From Gemmatimonadota bacterium (GTDB taxonomy: Bacteria; Gemmatimonadota; Gemmatimonadetes; Palauibacterales; Palauibacteraceae), in NCBI GenBank assembly GCA_963666735.1, contig OY762926.1, positions 3,520,001-3,584,000 of the forward strand: 64,000 bases of DNA, in the 5' to 3' direction. Below the pieces are notes generated by a model. The model had not been told where the DNA came from. It saw only the letters and a program-made list of their open reading frames with translations, and did not search any database. Positions within the stretch are counted from its first letter, which is position 1. Each line of letters opens with the position of its first letter. The position numbers and the translations under genes are program-made. This document shows positions 1 to 10,532 of the stretch, piece by piece.

Positions 1-110
1 GCGGTATCGTCAGGCGCCGTGGCGGCCACGGCGCCGCCGCCGTCTTCCGGCGTCCCTCCGCCGCACGCGACGAGCGCGGACATCGCCAACATCGCACAGA
101 GTCTTCGCAT
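1..110 (-). CDS. Lipoprotein, partial (runs off window edge)
   Basis: Own translation MRRLCAMLAMSALVACGGGTPEDG; lipobox LVAC; GGGGAG SD-like sequence upstream. Confidence 0.6.
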   Translation of the reverse strand, partial: MRRLCAMLAMSALVACGGGTPEDGGGAVAATAPDDT

Positions 111-148
111 GGACTCCCCCGGACGAGCGTTACAGACGAAGGCGCAAC

Positions 149-2686
149 CTAGCGGTCCTGCGTTTCGAACTCTAACTCGGCCTGCGGCTCCTCGCCGTCC
201 GAGGGCGTTTCCCGGAGGGGCAGCTCGCCGGCTTCCCCGCGGCCGGGCGATGCGGTGCGCGCACGGCGTCCCGAGTGCATCGGGTGTACGGCCTCGACCG
301 CAACGCCGGCCCGCAGCCGCACAGCCGGGCGCCCGGCCTCGCGAGGAGAGCGACGGATCACGCTGGCCGCCGACGTCGACTCCACGGATCCATCGGACAA
401 TTCCCATGCCACCTCGTCCCCGTCGTGCGCTTCGGTGAAACCCACGAGGCCGCCGGTCCGCTCCCGCTCGGGGAGGATGGTGAACCCCTTGCCCGCCCGG
501 CCCTGAACCTTGAATTCCGTGAACGGAATGCGCTTGCCGTACCCGGCGGCGGTCGCCACGAGCAGGTCGGAATCCGCGCGCGGAGCCGCCGCGGCGACCA
601 CGACATCGCCGCGCGCGAGATCGATGGCTTTGACGCCGCGGGCCGTGCGGCCCATCGCGCGAGTGGCGGATTCGGGGAAGCGGATCGCCTGGCCGGATCG
701 CGTCGCGAACAGGAGGTCGCTGCTCCCTTCCGTGACGAACGCGGCCGCGACCTCGTCGCCGCGCGCGATTCCGGCGCCGATGATGCCAGCGCTCCGGGCG
801 TTCGCGTATTCCGACAGCGCCGACCGCTTCACGTGACCCTGTCTTGTGGCGACCACGAGGAATCGGTCATCGGCGAAGGTCTCGGCCGCGAGCAGCGCGA
901 CGATCTCGTCTCCACGCTCCAGGTCGATGAACTCCTCGACGTGGCGGCCCCGAGAGCTCCGCGTGCCCCTTGGCAGCGCAGAGACGGGCAGCGCATGCGC
1001 GTTGCCGCGTGCCGTGATCGCGAGGAGCGCGTGCGCTCCCCGCGTCAGGAACGCATGGCGCGCGAAGTCGCCTTCGCGGTCGGACAGCACTTCGGCGCCC
1101 GCCATCCCCCCGCCCGTCGCGGCGGGCTGCGCCTTCACGTAGCCGCCGCGACTCACCAGCACCAACTGCGCCTCGCCCCCGCCACCCTTCGACAGCCGGA
1201 ACTCCGTATCGTCGTCGAGGATCTCCGTCCGCCTGGGGTCGTCGTAGCGCCCCGCGAGTTCGCGGATCTCTGCCCGCAGGAATCCCCGCCGGGCCGCCTC
1301 GTCCTCCACCAGCGCGGTCAGGCGCGCGATCTCCTCCCGCAGCGCCTTCAGTTCCCCCGCCAGCTTGTCCCGCTCCAGACCCGTCAGCCGGACGAGCCGC
1401 ATTGCGAGGATCGCGTCTGCCTGACGCTCCGTGAGATCGAACGCGGCGAGGAGTCCCTCCCGCGCCCCCGCCGGCGTCTTCGAGCCGCGGATGATGTCGA
1501 TGACGCGATCGATTTCGTCGAGCGCCGCCTGGAGCCCCTCGACGACGTGGGCGCGGTCCCCGGCCCGGGCGAGGTCGTGCGCCGCGCCGCGGCGGATCAC
1601 GGCGAGGCGATGGTCGATCCACGTGCGGAGGACCGTCTTCAGATCCAGCTCCTCGGGCTTGCCATCGACGAGCGCGAGCATGATCACGCCGAACGTGTAA
1701 CGGAGCTGCGTCTTCTTGAAGAGGGTGGCGAGTACCTTCTTGGGCTGCGCGTCGCGCTTGAGCTCGATCACGAGCCGGATCCCGTCGCGGTCGGACTCGT
1801 CGCGCAGGTCGGTGATCGCGTCGGCCCGCCCGGCGCGCACGACCTTCGTGATCTGCTCGATGACGCGCGTCTTGTTCACCTGATAGGGAAGTTCCGTGAC
1901 GATCAGCGAACTCTTCCCGAATCTGCCCTCCTCGAGATGGACTTTGGCGCGCATGTCGAGTCGTCCTCGCCCGGTCCGGTAGGCGGACTCGATGCCGGCC
2001 CGGCCGTGGATGTACCCGCCCGTCGGGAAGTCCGGCCCGGGCAGGCGGGCGAGCAGCTCGTCGCTGTCGCACTGCGGGTTCGCGACGAGGTGGTCGACCG
2101 CGGCGAGGAGCTCCCCGGCGTTGTGCGGCGGGATCTTCGTCGCCATGCCTACCGCGATCCCGTCGCTGCCGTTCAGCAGGAGGTGCGGCAGTCGGCAGGG
2201 CAGAACCACCGGTTCGGTCAGGCGCCCGTCGAAGTTGGGCCGCACGTCGACGGTGTCGCGCTCTATGTCGGCGAGGAGATCCATCGCGACCGGCGTCATC
2301 CGCACTTCCGTGTAGCGGTAGGCGGCGGCGGAATCGCCATCGATCGAACCGAAATTCCCCTGGCCGTCGATGAGCGGATAGCGCAGCGAGAAGTCCTGGA
2401 CCATTCGGACGATGGTGTCGTACACCGCGCCATCCCCGTGCGGGTGATACCGGCCCAGCACGTCGCCCACGACCGTGGCGCTCTTCTTGTGCGGCCGCGA
2501 CGGGCGCATCCCCTCTTCCAGCATCGCGTACAGGATTCGGCGATGCACCGGCTTCAGGCCGTCGCGGGCATCGGGGAGCGCGCGCTGCACGATGACGCTC
2601 ATCGAGTAGTCGATGAACGACTCGCGCATTTCCTCCTCGAGCGCGCGGCGTTCGATGCGTTCGTGCTGCAGGGTGCCTTGCGTCAC
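149..2686 (-). CDS. gyrA: Type IIA topoisomerase subunit A (GyrA/ParC family; GyrA-box degenerate, possibly ParC)
   Basis: [30 protein letters not shown] active-site Tyr, C-terminal beta-pinwheel repeats. Confidence 0.92.
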   Translation of the reverse strand: MTQGTLQHERIERRALEEEMRESFIDYSMSVIVQRALPDARDGLKPVHRRILYAMLEEGMRPSRPHKKSATVVGDVLGRYHPHGDGAVYDTIVRMVQDFSLRYPLIDGQGNFGSIDGDSAAAYRYTEVRMTPVAMDLLADIERDTVDVRPNFDGRLTEPVVLPCRLPHLLLNGSDGIAVGMATKIPPHNAGELLAAVDHLVANPQCDSDELLARLPGPDFPTGGYIHGRAGIESAYRTGRGRLDMRAKVHLEEGRFGKSSLIVTELPYQVNKTRVIEQITKVVRAGRADAITDLRDESDRDGIRLVIELKRDAQPKKVLATLFKKTQLRYTFGVIMLALVDGKPEELDLKTVLRTWIDHRLAVIRRGAAHDLARAGDRAHVVEGLQAALDEIDRVIDIIRGSKTPAGAREGLLAAFDLTERQADAILAMRLVRLTGLERDKLAGELKALREEIARLTALVEDEAARRGFLRAEIRELAGRYDDPRRTEILDDDTEFRLSKGGGGEAQLVLVSRGGYVKAQPAATGGGMAGAEVLSDREGDFARHAFLTRGAHALLAITARGNAHALPVSALPRGTRSSRGRHVEEFIDLERGDEIVALLAAETFADDRFLVVATRQGHVKRSALSEYANARSAGIIGAGIARGDEVAAAFVTEGSSDLLFATRSGQAIRFPESATRAMGRTARGVKAIDLARGDVVVAAAAPRADSDLLVATAAGYGKRIPFTEFKVQGRAGKGFTILPERERTGGLVGFTEAHDGDEVAWELSDGSVESTSAASVIRRSPREAGRPAVRLRAGVAVEAVHPMHSGRRARTASPGRGEAGELPLRETPSDGEEPQAELEFETQDR

Positions 2687-2743
2687 TGCCGTGCCTCCTC
2701 TTCCACCGCTTCTTCCCCCACTCCCGCCTCGATCATCCTCGTC

Positions 2744-3139
2744 CTACTCACACAGCAGGTCGGCGGTTGCGCGCTGCGCCTCCGATGGGGCGGCGGGCAT
2801 GGCGATCACGAAGCCCTTCCGGTTCGCCGCATCGGGCAGATGGATCAGCATGGCGCCCGGTGCGAACGGGTCCGGCGCGCGCGCCGCGAGTCCCGCCTCC
2901 GAAATCGTGAAGAGTCCTCCAGGCTCCAGGCTGGAAGCCAGCCACGCCCCATAGGAAAGCCACGCCGCCAGCGCCTCGCCTCCCCCCGTCACGCCTGCCA
3001 CATCCGACCGGTACCGTGCGACGGCACGATCGTAGGCTCCGCCGTCGCGCGTCTTCAACCGCAGGAGGAGCTGTCGGTAGAGCGGCTGCACGTCGTCGAT
3101 CCCGTGCTCGGCCAGCGCCTGCGTGTAGGTCTCCGTCAT
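2744..3139 (-). CDS. Hypothetical protein
   Basis: 131-aa ORF with protein-like composition and GGAG SD; co-oriented with neighbours. Confidence 0.6.
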   Translation of the reverse strand: MTETYTQALAEHGIDDVQPLYRQLLLRLKTRDGGAYDRAVARYRSDVAGVTGGGEALAAWLSYGAWLASSLEPGGLFTISEAGLAARAPDPFAPGAMLIHLPDAANRKGFVIAMPAAPSEAQRATADLLCE

Positions 3140-3209
3140 CCCATCATCTCCGTCCCCGCCTCGCCCGGCTCCTCACCCGGGACGTCCGCCCGCAGGAATC
3201 CGTCGAGGA

Positions 3210-3455
3210 TCAGTCGTTATGGCTCAGTTCGTACTCCCGCTGCGCTCGCGTGCGTTCGCTCCCGAGCTTTGCGTCGCGTTTCTTCGCCGCGGCGAGCGAC
3301 CGCTCCCTGCGGGCCTCGGAGTGGACGCGCGGAAGAGAGATGAGTCTTTCCAGCTCGGCACTCCGGCACGACGCGCACGCGGGCGTCATCGCCCCCCGCA
3401 CGAAGAGTTCGAACTCGTGCGAACACTCGCGGCACCTGTACTCGTATATCGGCAT
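3210..3455 (-). CDS. FmdB-family zinc-ribbon protein
   Basis: MPIYEYRCRECSHEFE...CASC...LERLIS; start moved to ATG 3455 with GGAGG SD. Confidence 0.88.
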   Translation of the reverse strand: MPIYEYRCRECSHEFELFVRGAMTPACASCRSAELERLISLPRVHSEARRERSLAAAKKRDAKLGSERTRAQREYELSHND

Positions 3456-3551
3456 GGATCCTCCGGTCGCGCGGTACTCCGCAGCATGCTTTTTGACGGT
3501 CGCGCGGGCAAGTCGCCGCCCGCCTCGCCGGATCCCCCGCGCGGCCTGGCT

Positions 3552-3581
3552 TTGACAGACTCCGACCGCCTGTCTGATAAT
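3552..3581 (+). promoter_or_regulatory. Sigma70-like promoter
   Basis: TTGACA(3552-57)-N18-GATAAT(3576-81) upstream of the 3622 CDS. Confidence 0.55.
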
Positions 3582-3621
3582 GCCGGGTCGCCACCCCGGT
3601 CCGCACGGAAAGAAAGACCCC

Positions 3622-6444
3622 ATGCCATACGCATCGCGCACCTGCGTCCCCTCGATGATCGTGCTCGCGCTACTTGCGGCCGTCCTCACGCTGCCGGCGC
3701 CCGTCCATGCCCAGGACGGAGCGCGGGGTGAAGAGACGGAGGTCGTCATCAACGCCCCCGGGCACCCGTTGCTCCAGGGGTTCCGGTGGCGGTCCATCGG
3801 CCCGACGGGGCAGGGCGGGCGCGTCGACGATCTTGCGGTCCACCCCGCGGACCCGCGGACCTTCTACGTGGGCTTCGCGACCGGCGGTCTGTGGAAGACG
3901 ACGAACAACGGGACAACGTTCGAATCGATCTTCGACAGCTACGAGACGCACTCCATCGGCGCGCTCGCCCTCGCCCCCTCCGATCCCGATGTCCTCTACG
4001 TGGGTACGGGCGAGGCGAACAACCGGCAAAGTTCGTCGTTCGGGTACGGCGTCTACAAGAGCACCGACGGCGGCGCCACGTTCGTGCATGCGGGACTCCG
4101 GGAGACGCAGAGCATCGCACGCGTCCTCGTTCACCCGACGAATCCGGATGTCGTGTGGGTGGCCGCGGTCGGCCATCTCTTCGGCCCCAACGCCGAGCGC
4201 GGCGTGTTCAAGTCGAGCGACGGAGGAGAGAGCTGGCGCCATGTGCTCGCGGTGGATGAGGACACCGGCGCGACGGATCTCGTCATGGATCCGTCGAATC
4301 CCGACGTCCTGTTCGCCTCCACGTACCAGCGCCGCCGCACCGTGTGCTGCTTCGTCGGCGGAGGGCCGGGGAGCGGCATCTGGCGGTCCGGGGACGGAGG
4401 TGAGAGCTGGTCGCCCGTCGAGGGAGACGGACTGCCGGCAGGCACGCTGGGCCGGATCGCCCTCGCCATGACGCCCGCCGATCCCGACGTCGTCTACGCC
4501 CAGATCGAAGTGGCCGCGGACCGGGAGCCGCCGCTCTCCGAGGAGGAGCAGAACGAGTGGCGCAGGCTCGCGAGAGTCGATTCGCTCCCGCCCGACCCGC
4601 AATGGTCCGGGGTCTGGCGATCGGCGGACAAGGGCCGCACGTGGGAGTTCCGGAGCAACGAGAACGGACGCCCCATGTACTTCAGCCAGATCCGCGTCTC
4701 CCCCGAGGATCCGGATCTCGTCTATACGGTGGATCAGCGCGTGTCGAAGTCGCGCGACGGCGGCCGCACCTGGGAGGTGCTGAGCGGGTACGGCCACGTC
4801 GATCAGCACGCGCTCTGGATCGATCCGGCCGACCACGACCACCTCGTCATCGGCAACGACGGGTCGGTCGACGTGAGTTGGGACCAGGGCGAGACCTGGG
4901 AATCGCTGCGCCCGTGGGCCGTCGGGCAGCCCTATCACGCCTCCGTGGACATGCGGCGCCCCTACTACGTGTGCACGGGCCTTCAGGACAACGGCAGCTG
5001 GTGCGGGCCGAGTTCCGTTCGCTCCGGGCCGATCCTCTCGCAGGACTGGTATCGGGTCGGCGGCGGGGACGGGTTCTACACGCAGGTGGACCCGACGGAC
5101 CCGGCGATCGTGTTCGTCGAATCCCAGAACGGGCGTCTCCGGCGCGTGGATCTGCGCGAGGGCGTCTCGCGCCCCATCACCCCCCGGGTTCCGGATGAAG
5201 AGGATCCGGCAGACACGAACATCGCCCCGGCTCCGCCGTTTGACGCCGCGATCCGGTGGAACTGGAACACGCCGTTCCTCCTCTCCCCCCACAACCCGCG
5301 CATCCTGCATGCGGGCGGCAACCGGTTCTTCACGTCGCGCGACCGCGGAGAGACGTGGACGATGAGCCCGGACCTCACGAAGGACGTGGATCGGGACGCC
5401 GAGGTGCTGATGGGGGTGGTCAACGGCATCCCGCGCTGCTCCCGGTTCGAGCGCGGGACGGAGTGCACCCTGTCGCGAAACGATGGCGTCTCGATGTGGG
5501 GCAGCATGACGTCCATCGCCGAGTCGCCCCTCGTCCCGGGCGTCTTCTGGGCAGGAACCGACGACGGCAACATCCAGGTGAGCCGCGACGGCGGGGCGGC
5601 CTGGACCGAGGTCAGCCGCAACCTCCCCGGGGGCACGACGCGCCACTACGTGTCCCGCGTGGAAGCCTCACACGTGGACGCCGCGACCGCCTACGTCTCG
5701 ATCGACGGGCACAAGAACGACGACCTGCGCCCCTACGTGTACGTGACGCGCAACTACGGCGCGACGTGGGAGGACATCACGTCGAACCTGCCCTCGTTCG
5801 GAAACGTGAACACGGTCCGTCAGGATCCGCGGAATCCCCGTCTGCTCTATGCCGGCACCGAGTTCGGCTTCTACGTCTCGTTCGATGAGGGGGGCAGCTG
5901 GCACGATTTCATGCCGGGCCTGCCCGTGGTCCGGATCGACGACGTGCTCGTCCACCCCCGCGAGAACGACCTCGTCCTCGCGACCCACGGCCGCAGCATC
6001 TATGTGCTCGACGATGTCACGGCCCTCCAGGCGCTGGCCGACAGCGTCCTGGCGAGCGACGCGCACCTCTTCGAGCCGCGTCCCGCCGTCCTCTGGAAGA
6101 ACGATCTCCAGCGTCGCCGCTCCCTCACGGGCGACAGGAACTGGACGGGCGAGAGCGCCCCCGCGGGCACGATGATCCAGTACTACCTGGGCTCCGAGGG
6201 CGAGGTCTCGATCGAGGTCTCCGAACTCGCCAGCGGGAGAGTGGTGCGCGAACTCGATGGGACCGGCCGGCCGGGCCTGAACCGCGTGGCCTGGGATCTA
6301 CGGACGAACCCCGGCCTCCAGGGTCAGGGCGGGGCCGGGCTGCCCGTGTCCCCGGGCACGTACCGCGTGACGCTGACGGTGGGGGAGGCCACGCACTCGG
6401 CGCTGCTCGAGGTGCTGGAAGACCGCTGGCTGCAGGTGCCGTAA
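3622..6444 (+). CDS. Secreted VPS10/sortilin-like BNR (Asp-box) repeat glycosyl hydrolase-like protein
   Basis: Signal peptide; WRSIGP..QGGR; many S-x-D-G-G-x-T/S-W Asp boxes; C-terminal Ig-like domain (GLNRVAWDL, PGTYRVTL). Confidence 0.85.
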   Translation: MPYASRTCVPSMIVLALLAAVLTLPAPVHAQDGARGEETEVVINAPGHPLLQGFRWRSIGPTGQGGRVDDLAVHPADPRTFYVGFATGGLWKTTNNGTTFESIFDSYETHSIGALALAPSDPDVLYVGTGEANNRQSSSFGYGVYKSTDGGATFVHAGLRETQSIARVLVHPTNPDVVWVAAVGHLFGPNAERGVFKSSDGGESWRHVLAVDEDTGATDLVMDPSNPDVLFASTYQRRRTVCCFVGGGPGSGIWRSGDGGESWSPVEGDGLPAGTLGRIALAMTPADPDVVYAQIEVAADREPPLSEEEQNEWRRLARVDSLPPDPQWSGVWRSADKGRTWEFRSNENGRPMYFSQIRVSPEDPDLVYTVDQRVSKSRDGGRTWEVLSGYGHVDQHALWIDPADHDHLVIGNDGSVDVSWDQGETWESLRPWAVGQPYHASVDMRRPYYVCTGLQDNGSWCGPSSVRSGPILSQDWYRVGGGDGFYTQVDPTDPAIVFVESQNGRLRRVDLREGVSRPITPRVPDEEDPADTNIAPAPPFDAAIRWNWNTPFLLSPHNPRILHAGGNRFFTSRDRGETWTMSPDLTKDVDRDAEVLMGVVNGIPRCSRFERGTECTLSRNDGVSMWGSMTSIAESPLVPGVFWAGTDDGNIQVSRDGGAAWTEVSRNLPGGTTRHYVSRVEASHVDAATAYVSIDGHKNDDLRPYVYVTRNYGATWEDITSNLPSFGNVNTVRQDPRNPRLLYAGTEFGFYVSFDEGGSWHDFMPGLPVVRIDDVLVHPRENDLVLATHGRSIYVLDDVTALQALADSVLASDAHLFEPRPAVLWKNDLQRRRSLTGDRNWTGESAPAGTMIQYYLGSEGEVSIEVSELASGRVVRELDGTGRPGLNRVAWDLRTNPGLQGQGGAGLPVSPGTYRVTLTVGEATHSALLEVLEDRWLQVP

Positions 6445-6484
6445 GATGGCGCCGTGAGATGGCGCGCCTGAGCCGCGAGGTTGG

Positions 6485-7735
6485 CTATCCGCCCGCCATC
6501 GAGTCGAGGAACTCCTGGTTCGTGTCCGTGCGCTGGAGCCGTTCGATCATGAACTGAATCGCCTCGGCGGGCGGCATGTCGGAGAGGAAGTTCCGCAGCA
6601 GGTACATCCGGTTGAGTTCGATTTCGTTCAGGAGGAGTTCCTCCTTGCGCGTGCTCGAGCGGTTGAGGTCGATCGCCGGGTAGATGCGCTTGTCGGAGAT
6701 CTGGCGGTCCAGCAGAACTTCGCTGTTCCCCGTGCCCTTGAACTCCTCGAAGATGACCTCGTCCATCCGGCTGCCGGTTTCAATCAGAGCCGTCGCGATG
6801 ATCGTGAGGCTGCCGCCCTCCTCGATGTTTCGCGCCGCGCCGAAGAAGCGCTTGGGCCTGTGAAGCGCGTTCGCGTCCACGCCGCCCGAGAGGATCTTGC
6901 CCGAGTGGGGGACCGTCGTGTTGTAGGCCCGCGCGAGGCGCGTGATCGAATCGAGCAGGATCACGACATCGTGCTGGTATTCGACCAGCCGCTTGGCCTT
7001 CTCGATCACCATCTCGGCCACCTGCGTGTGGCGGTCGGCCGGTTCATCGAAGGTGGATGAGATGATCTCGGCCGGCACGTTCTCCTCCATGTCCGTGACC
7101 TCTTCGGGCCGCTCGTCGATGAGGAGCACGATCACCTTCGCGTCCGGCTGATTCTCGACGATCGCGTTCGCGATCTTCTGCAGAAGGATCGTCTTGCCGG
7201 CCTTGGGCGGAGAGACGATGAGGCTCCGCTGCCCCTTCCCGATCGGCGCGATGAGGTCGAGAATCCGCATCGACACATCGCCGTCCTCCTGCTCGAGGAC
7301 GAGCCGTTCCTCCGGATAGCGGGGCCGGAGGTTGTCGAACGCGATCCGGTGCTTCGCCTTGTCCGGGTCCACGCCGTTCAGCGTCTCCACCTTCAGCAGG
7401 GCGAGGTAGCGCTCTCCCTCCTTCGGCGGCCGCACGCGGCCCTGGATGGTGTCCCCCGTCCGCATGTCGAAGCGCTTGATCTGCGACGGGGAGACGTAGA
7501 TGTCGTCCGGGCCGTACAGGTAGTTCCAATCCTGGCTCCGCAGAAAGCCGTAGCCCTCCGGCAGAATCTCGAGGACGCCCTCGCCCCGGAGGACGATGTC
7601 GGAATCGAGCAGATTCTGCTCGATCCGAAAAATCAGGTCCTGTTTTCGGAGGCCCGAGAAGTTGTGGATGTCGAGTTCTTCGGCCATGTCATGAAGCTCG
7701 CCGATCGACTTCGACTTGAGTTCGGCGATGTCCAT
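6485..7735 (-). CDS. rho: Transcription termination factor Rho
   Basis: [15 protein letters not shown], Walker [29 protein letters not shown]; start MDIAELK with GGAGG SD. Confidence 0.98.
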   Translation of the reverse strand: MDIAELKSKSIGELHDMAEELDIHNFSGLRKQDLIFRIEQNLLDSDIVLRGEGVLEILPEGYGFLRSQDWNYLYGPDDIYVSPSQIKRFDMRTGDTIQGRVRPPKEGERYLALLKVETLNGVDPDKAKHRIAFDNLRPRYPEERLVLEQEDGDVSMRILDLIAPIGKGQRSLIVSPPKAGKTILLQKIANAIVENQPDAKVIVLLIDERPEEVTDMEENVPAEIISSTFDEPADRHTQVAEMVIEKAKRLVEYQHDVVILLDSITRLARAYNTTVPHSGKILSGGVDANALHRPKRFFGAARNIEEGGSLTIIATALIETGSRMDEVIFEEFKGTGNSEVLLDRQISDKRIYPAIDLNRSSTRKEELLLNEIELNRMYLLRNFLSDMPPAEAIQFMIERLQRTDTNQEFLDSMAGG

Positions 7736-7848
7736 CGCCTGCCTCCGGAAGAGAGTGAACCGGGCTGCAGCCACGCCGCGCGCGGCATGGTCGTATCGTG
7801 AGGTGTCCTGCTTGCGGCCGGGGGATGTGGTCCGAGGTGGACCCACCG

Positions 7849-7877
7849 ACCATAATGGTGCCGCCGGGCACGGTCAA
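7849..7877 (-). promoter_or_regulatory. Putative rho promoter
   Basis: Minus strand TTGACC-N17-TATGGT. Confidence 0.4.
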
Positions 7878-7895
7878 GGTGACCGCGCCGCAACC

Positions 7896-8273
7896 ATGAC
7901 CGCGACCTTCGAGCGCCGGATGGCCAGACACAATCGTGAAGGAAGGGGACTCGACCAGCTCGGCAATCTCTGGCGGATAAGCTATCAGCCCGACTGGTTC
8001 CGTCTGTTGAAGCTGTCGCTGCCGGTGCCCGGCGGGCGCCGCTCCTCCCGCACCCTGTGTCGCAATCCGGCACGTACGGCGGACGCGGAACCCGGCCGAT
8101 CCGTGCGGACGCGGATCACGGCCGCGGACGGGTCCGTCGATGTGGCGGTTTCCATCGAAGACCGCGACCAGGTCGTCGACCACGTCATCATCGGGATTCG
8201 GCGAAAGCGCGGCAGAAAGACGGAATTACTCAAGTTCGCCGTCCACGGCGGGCTTCCGAAGCGGAGGATCTAG
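7896..8273 (+). CDS. Hypothetical basic protein
   Basis: ORF filling the rho-mlaD gap; beta-strand-like C-terminus; no family recognised. Confidence 0.45.
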   Translation: MTATFERRMARHNREGRGLDQLGNLWRISYQPDWFRLLKLSLPVPGGRRSSRTLCRNPARTADAEPGRSVRTRITAADGSVDVAVSIEDRDQVVDHVIIGIRRKRGRKTELLKFAVHGGLPKRRI

Positions 8274-8309
8274 CAGGGTGTTGCCACCGGCCGCCAGCCC
8301 GGCGCCGCC

Positions 8310-9302
8310 CTAGAAGACGCGGATGCGTAGCCAGCGCGACGGGTTGTAGCCGAGATCTTCCGCCAACTCGGCGGCCGCGGTGCGCAGGGCGGCGAGTTGG
8401 CGGCGAATTTCTCCATCCACCAGAGCCCGGCCCGCGGTTCCTTCGCCGCGGTCCAGCCGCTCGGCGATCGCCGACAGCCGTGACATCACGGTGTCCAGCG
8501 CCTCGATCGTCGTTTCCACGTTACGGCCGGCGCGCGCGAGTCGGGGCGCCTCCTCCCAGGCCGCGAACCGTTCCTGCACGCGTCGCGCGGCCGCGTTCAC
8601 GAGCGTGTCCGTCGCGAGCCGAACGAGCGAGGAGCGCCGAACGTCTCGCTGAAGCAGTTCCTCCAGCGACTCGAGACTGCCTCTCAGTTGGGCCAGCGTG
8701 CCCGGATCCTCGCGAAAGCGGGCGAGCGAGCCCTGGTCCGACCCGAGCACGTCCCGTGCCTCGGAAGCGTCGACTTCGAGCGTGCGCACCGCCTGCAAGA
8801 GCGTATCCGCCAGTGCCATGACCGTCTCCGGTTCGAGCGGCGGACCGGAAGCGCGCAGCGTGTCCGAGTAGTTCCAGGCGGGCGCGGAACCCGTACCCGG
8901 ATTCACGGAGAGGACGACGGGCGCCACGAGATCCGAGGGTCGCACGTCGGCGGTGGCATCCGCCCGCAGGATGGGCCCGGCGACCCGGTCGATGACGGCG
9001 TCGATCACGACGTGGCTCTCAAACGACCCATCGCCATCGTTACCGGCGTTCCCTTCGGGAGGCTGGAAGGAAATCGACAGCACGCGCCCCACCGGCCTCC
9101 CGGCCACCCAGACCGCGGAACCCGGCCCGAGTCCCTCCGCCGAATGGGCCAGCGCCGTGATTCGCGGGCCCTCGAGCATCGCGCGGACGATGACCTCGAT
9201 GACGGAGATCGCGGTCGACAGGACGATGGCCAAAGCGATCAGGACCAGGCCCCGTCGGGCCCGGGTGCGCGAGGCGTCAGAAGAGAAGTCCATCCGGGTC
9301 AT
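8310..9302 (-). CDS. MlaD/MCE-family protein
   Basis: N-terminal TM helix, AEGLGPGSAVWVAGRPVGRV MCE motif, helical tail ending GEGTAGRAL...NPSRW. Confidence 0.85.
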   Translation of the reverse strand: MTRMDFSSDASRTRARRGLVLIALAIVLSTAISVIEVIVRAMLEGPRITALAHSAEGLGPGSAVWVAGRPVGRVLSISFQPPEGNAGNDGDGSFESHVVIDAVIDRVAGPILRADATADVRPSDLVAPVVLSVNPGTGSAPAWNYSDTLRASGPPLEPETVMALADTLLQAVRTLEVDASEARDVLGSDQGSLARFREDPGTLAQLRGSLESLEELLQRDVRRSSLVRLATDTLVNAAARRVQERFAAWEEAPRLARAGRNVETTIEALDTVMSRLSAIAERLDRGEGTAGRALVDGEIRRQLAALRTAAAELAEDLGYNPSRWLRIRVF

Positions 9303-9469
9303 CCCTGAGCAGACTCCCTTGCGGTCGCGGCGTCAAGGCGGGATCGGCCAGCTCCGGCAGTGGGGGAGATGCTGTTTGGCGCCTCCTGTTCACACCGGAG
9401 ATTCGCGTGTCTCGATGTGTCAGCCGCGCCCATTCACCCATGAAAAACCATGAAAAAAGGAGAGAAATC

Positions 9470-9844
9470 ATGTCGAGAACCGTGAACCGGGTCATCCTCG
9501 TCGGAAACGCCGGCAGCGACCCCGACGTGCGCGAGACCGCTTCCGGCACCGCCGTCGCGCACCTGTCGCTCGCCACCAACCGCGTGTTTCGGAAGAACGG
9601 GGAGACCCAGCGCCGCACCGACTGGCACCGGCTCACATTCTGGCGCCGCCAGGCGGAGACCGTCGGCGAGTACGTGCACAAGGGTTCACGCCTCTACGTC
9701 GAGGGGCACCTCGAGTACGGATCGTTCGAACGTGACGGAATCGCGATCCCCACCGTGGACGTGGTCGTGGAGGACATGGTGCTGCTGGATCCGCGGCCGG
9801 ACACCGACGACATCGCCGCCGGCAGCGCCGAGCTCCCGCAGTAG
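9470..9844 (+). CDS. ssb: Single-stranded DNA-binding protein (lacks canonical acidic tip)
   Basis: VNRVILVGNAGSDPDVR, LSLATN, TDWHR, KGSRLYVEG; AGGAG SD. Confidence 0.93.
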   Translation: MSRTVNRVILVGNAGSDPDVRETASGTAVAHLSLATNRVFRKNGETQRRTDWHRLTFWRRQAETVGEYVHKGSRLYVEGHLEYGSFERDGIAIPTVDVVVEDMVLLDPRPDTDDIAAGSAELPQ

Positions 9845-9929
9845 ACTCTTGGGTCGCGCCGCATTCGGCGGACCGCCGGCGACGCTCGCCGGGGCACTGG
9901 AGACCCGCCCCAGGAACGTGCATCTTCCC

Positions 9930-10508
9930 GTGCGTGGGGCGGGTCCGTCGACCAGATCGAAGCGGAGGCATCCGATACAGACGCACGACCCGGGGTTTCT
10001 CACCCTGTCGAATCTGCTGTCCCTGAGCCGCATACCGCTCGGCCTGGCCTTCGTCGTGGTCTCGGACCCCGGAATGATGGCCGCGCTCGTGGCCACTGCC
10101 GGGGCAACGGATGTCCTCGATGGGTTCATTGCCCGTGTAAGCGGAACGCGCTCCCAGGTCGGACTCCTGCTCGACCCGCTCTGCGACAAGCTCTTCGTCC
10201 TGCTTGCGCTCTCCGGTTTCGTGGCGGCGGGCGGCCTCGACGGCCTGTCGTTCCTGATCCTGATCCTCCGGGATCTCTATACCGCGGGGTGCTATCTCCT
10301 GGCCCGGCTTGTCTCCATCATCATCCCATTCAAGCCCCGGTGGCCGGGAAAAATCGCCACCGGCCTGCAGTTTCTTACGCTCCTCGCCCTCATTTTCAAC
10401 CCTCGGTATGTTCCCGCACTCGTGTTGCTCGTCGGCGCGACGTCGGCCTGGGCGATCATCGATTACGGGACACACTGCCTCCGGCGGAAGTGGAAGAGCG
10501 CGACCTGA
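9930..10508 (+). CDS. CDP-alcohol phosphatidyltransferase (PgsA-like)
   Basis: NLLSLSRI, TDVLDGFIAR...G.LLDPLCDK signature; start uncertain (9918/9930 GTG or 9975 ATA). Confidence 0.88.
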   Translation: MRGAGPSTRSKRRHPIQTHDPGFLTLSNLLSLSRIPLGLAFVVVSDPGMMAALVATAGATDVLDGFIARVSGTRSQVGLLLDPLCDKLFVLLALSGFVAAGGLDGLSFLILILRDLYTAGCYLLARLVSIIIPFKPRWPGKIATGLQFLTLLALIFNPRYVPALVLLVGATSAWAIIDYGTHCLRRKWKSAT

Positions 10509-10532
10509 CCAGCTCCGGATGGCCTGAACGGC

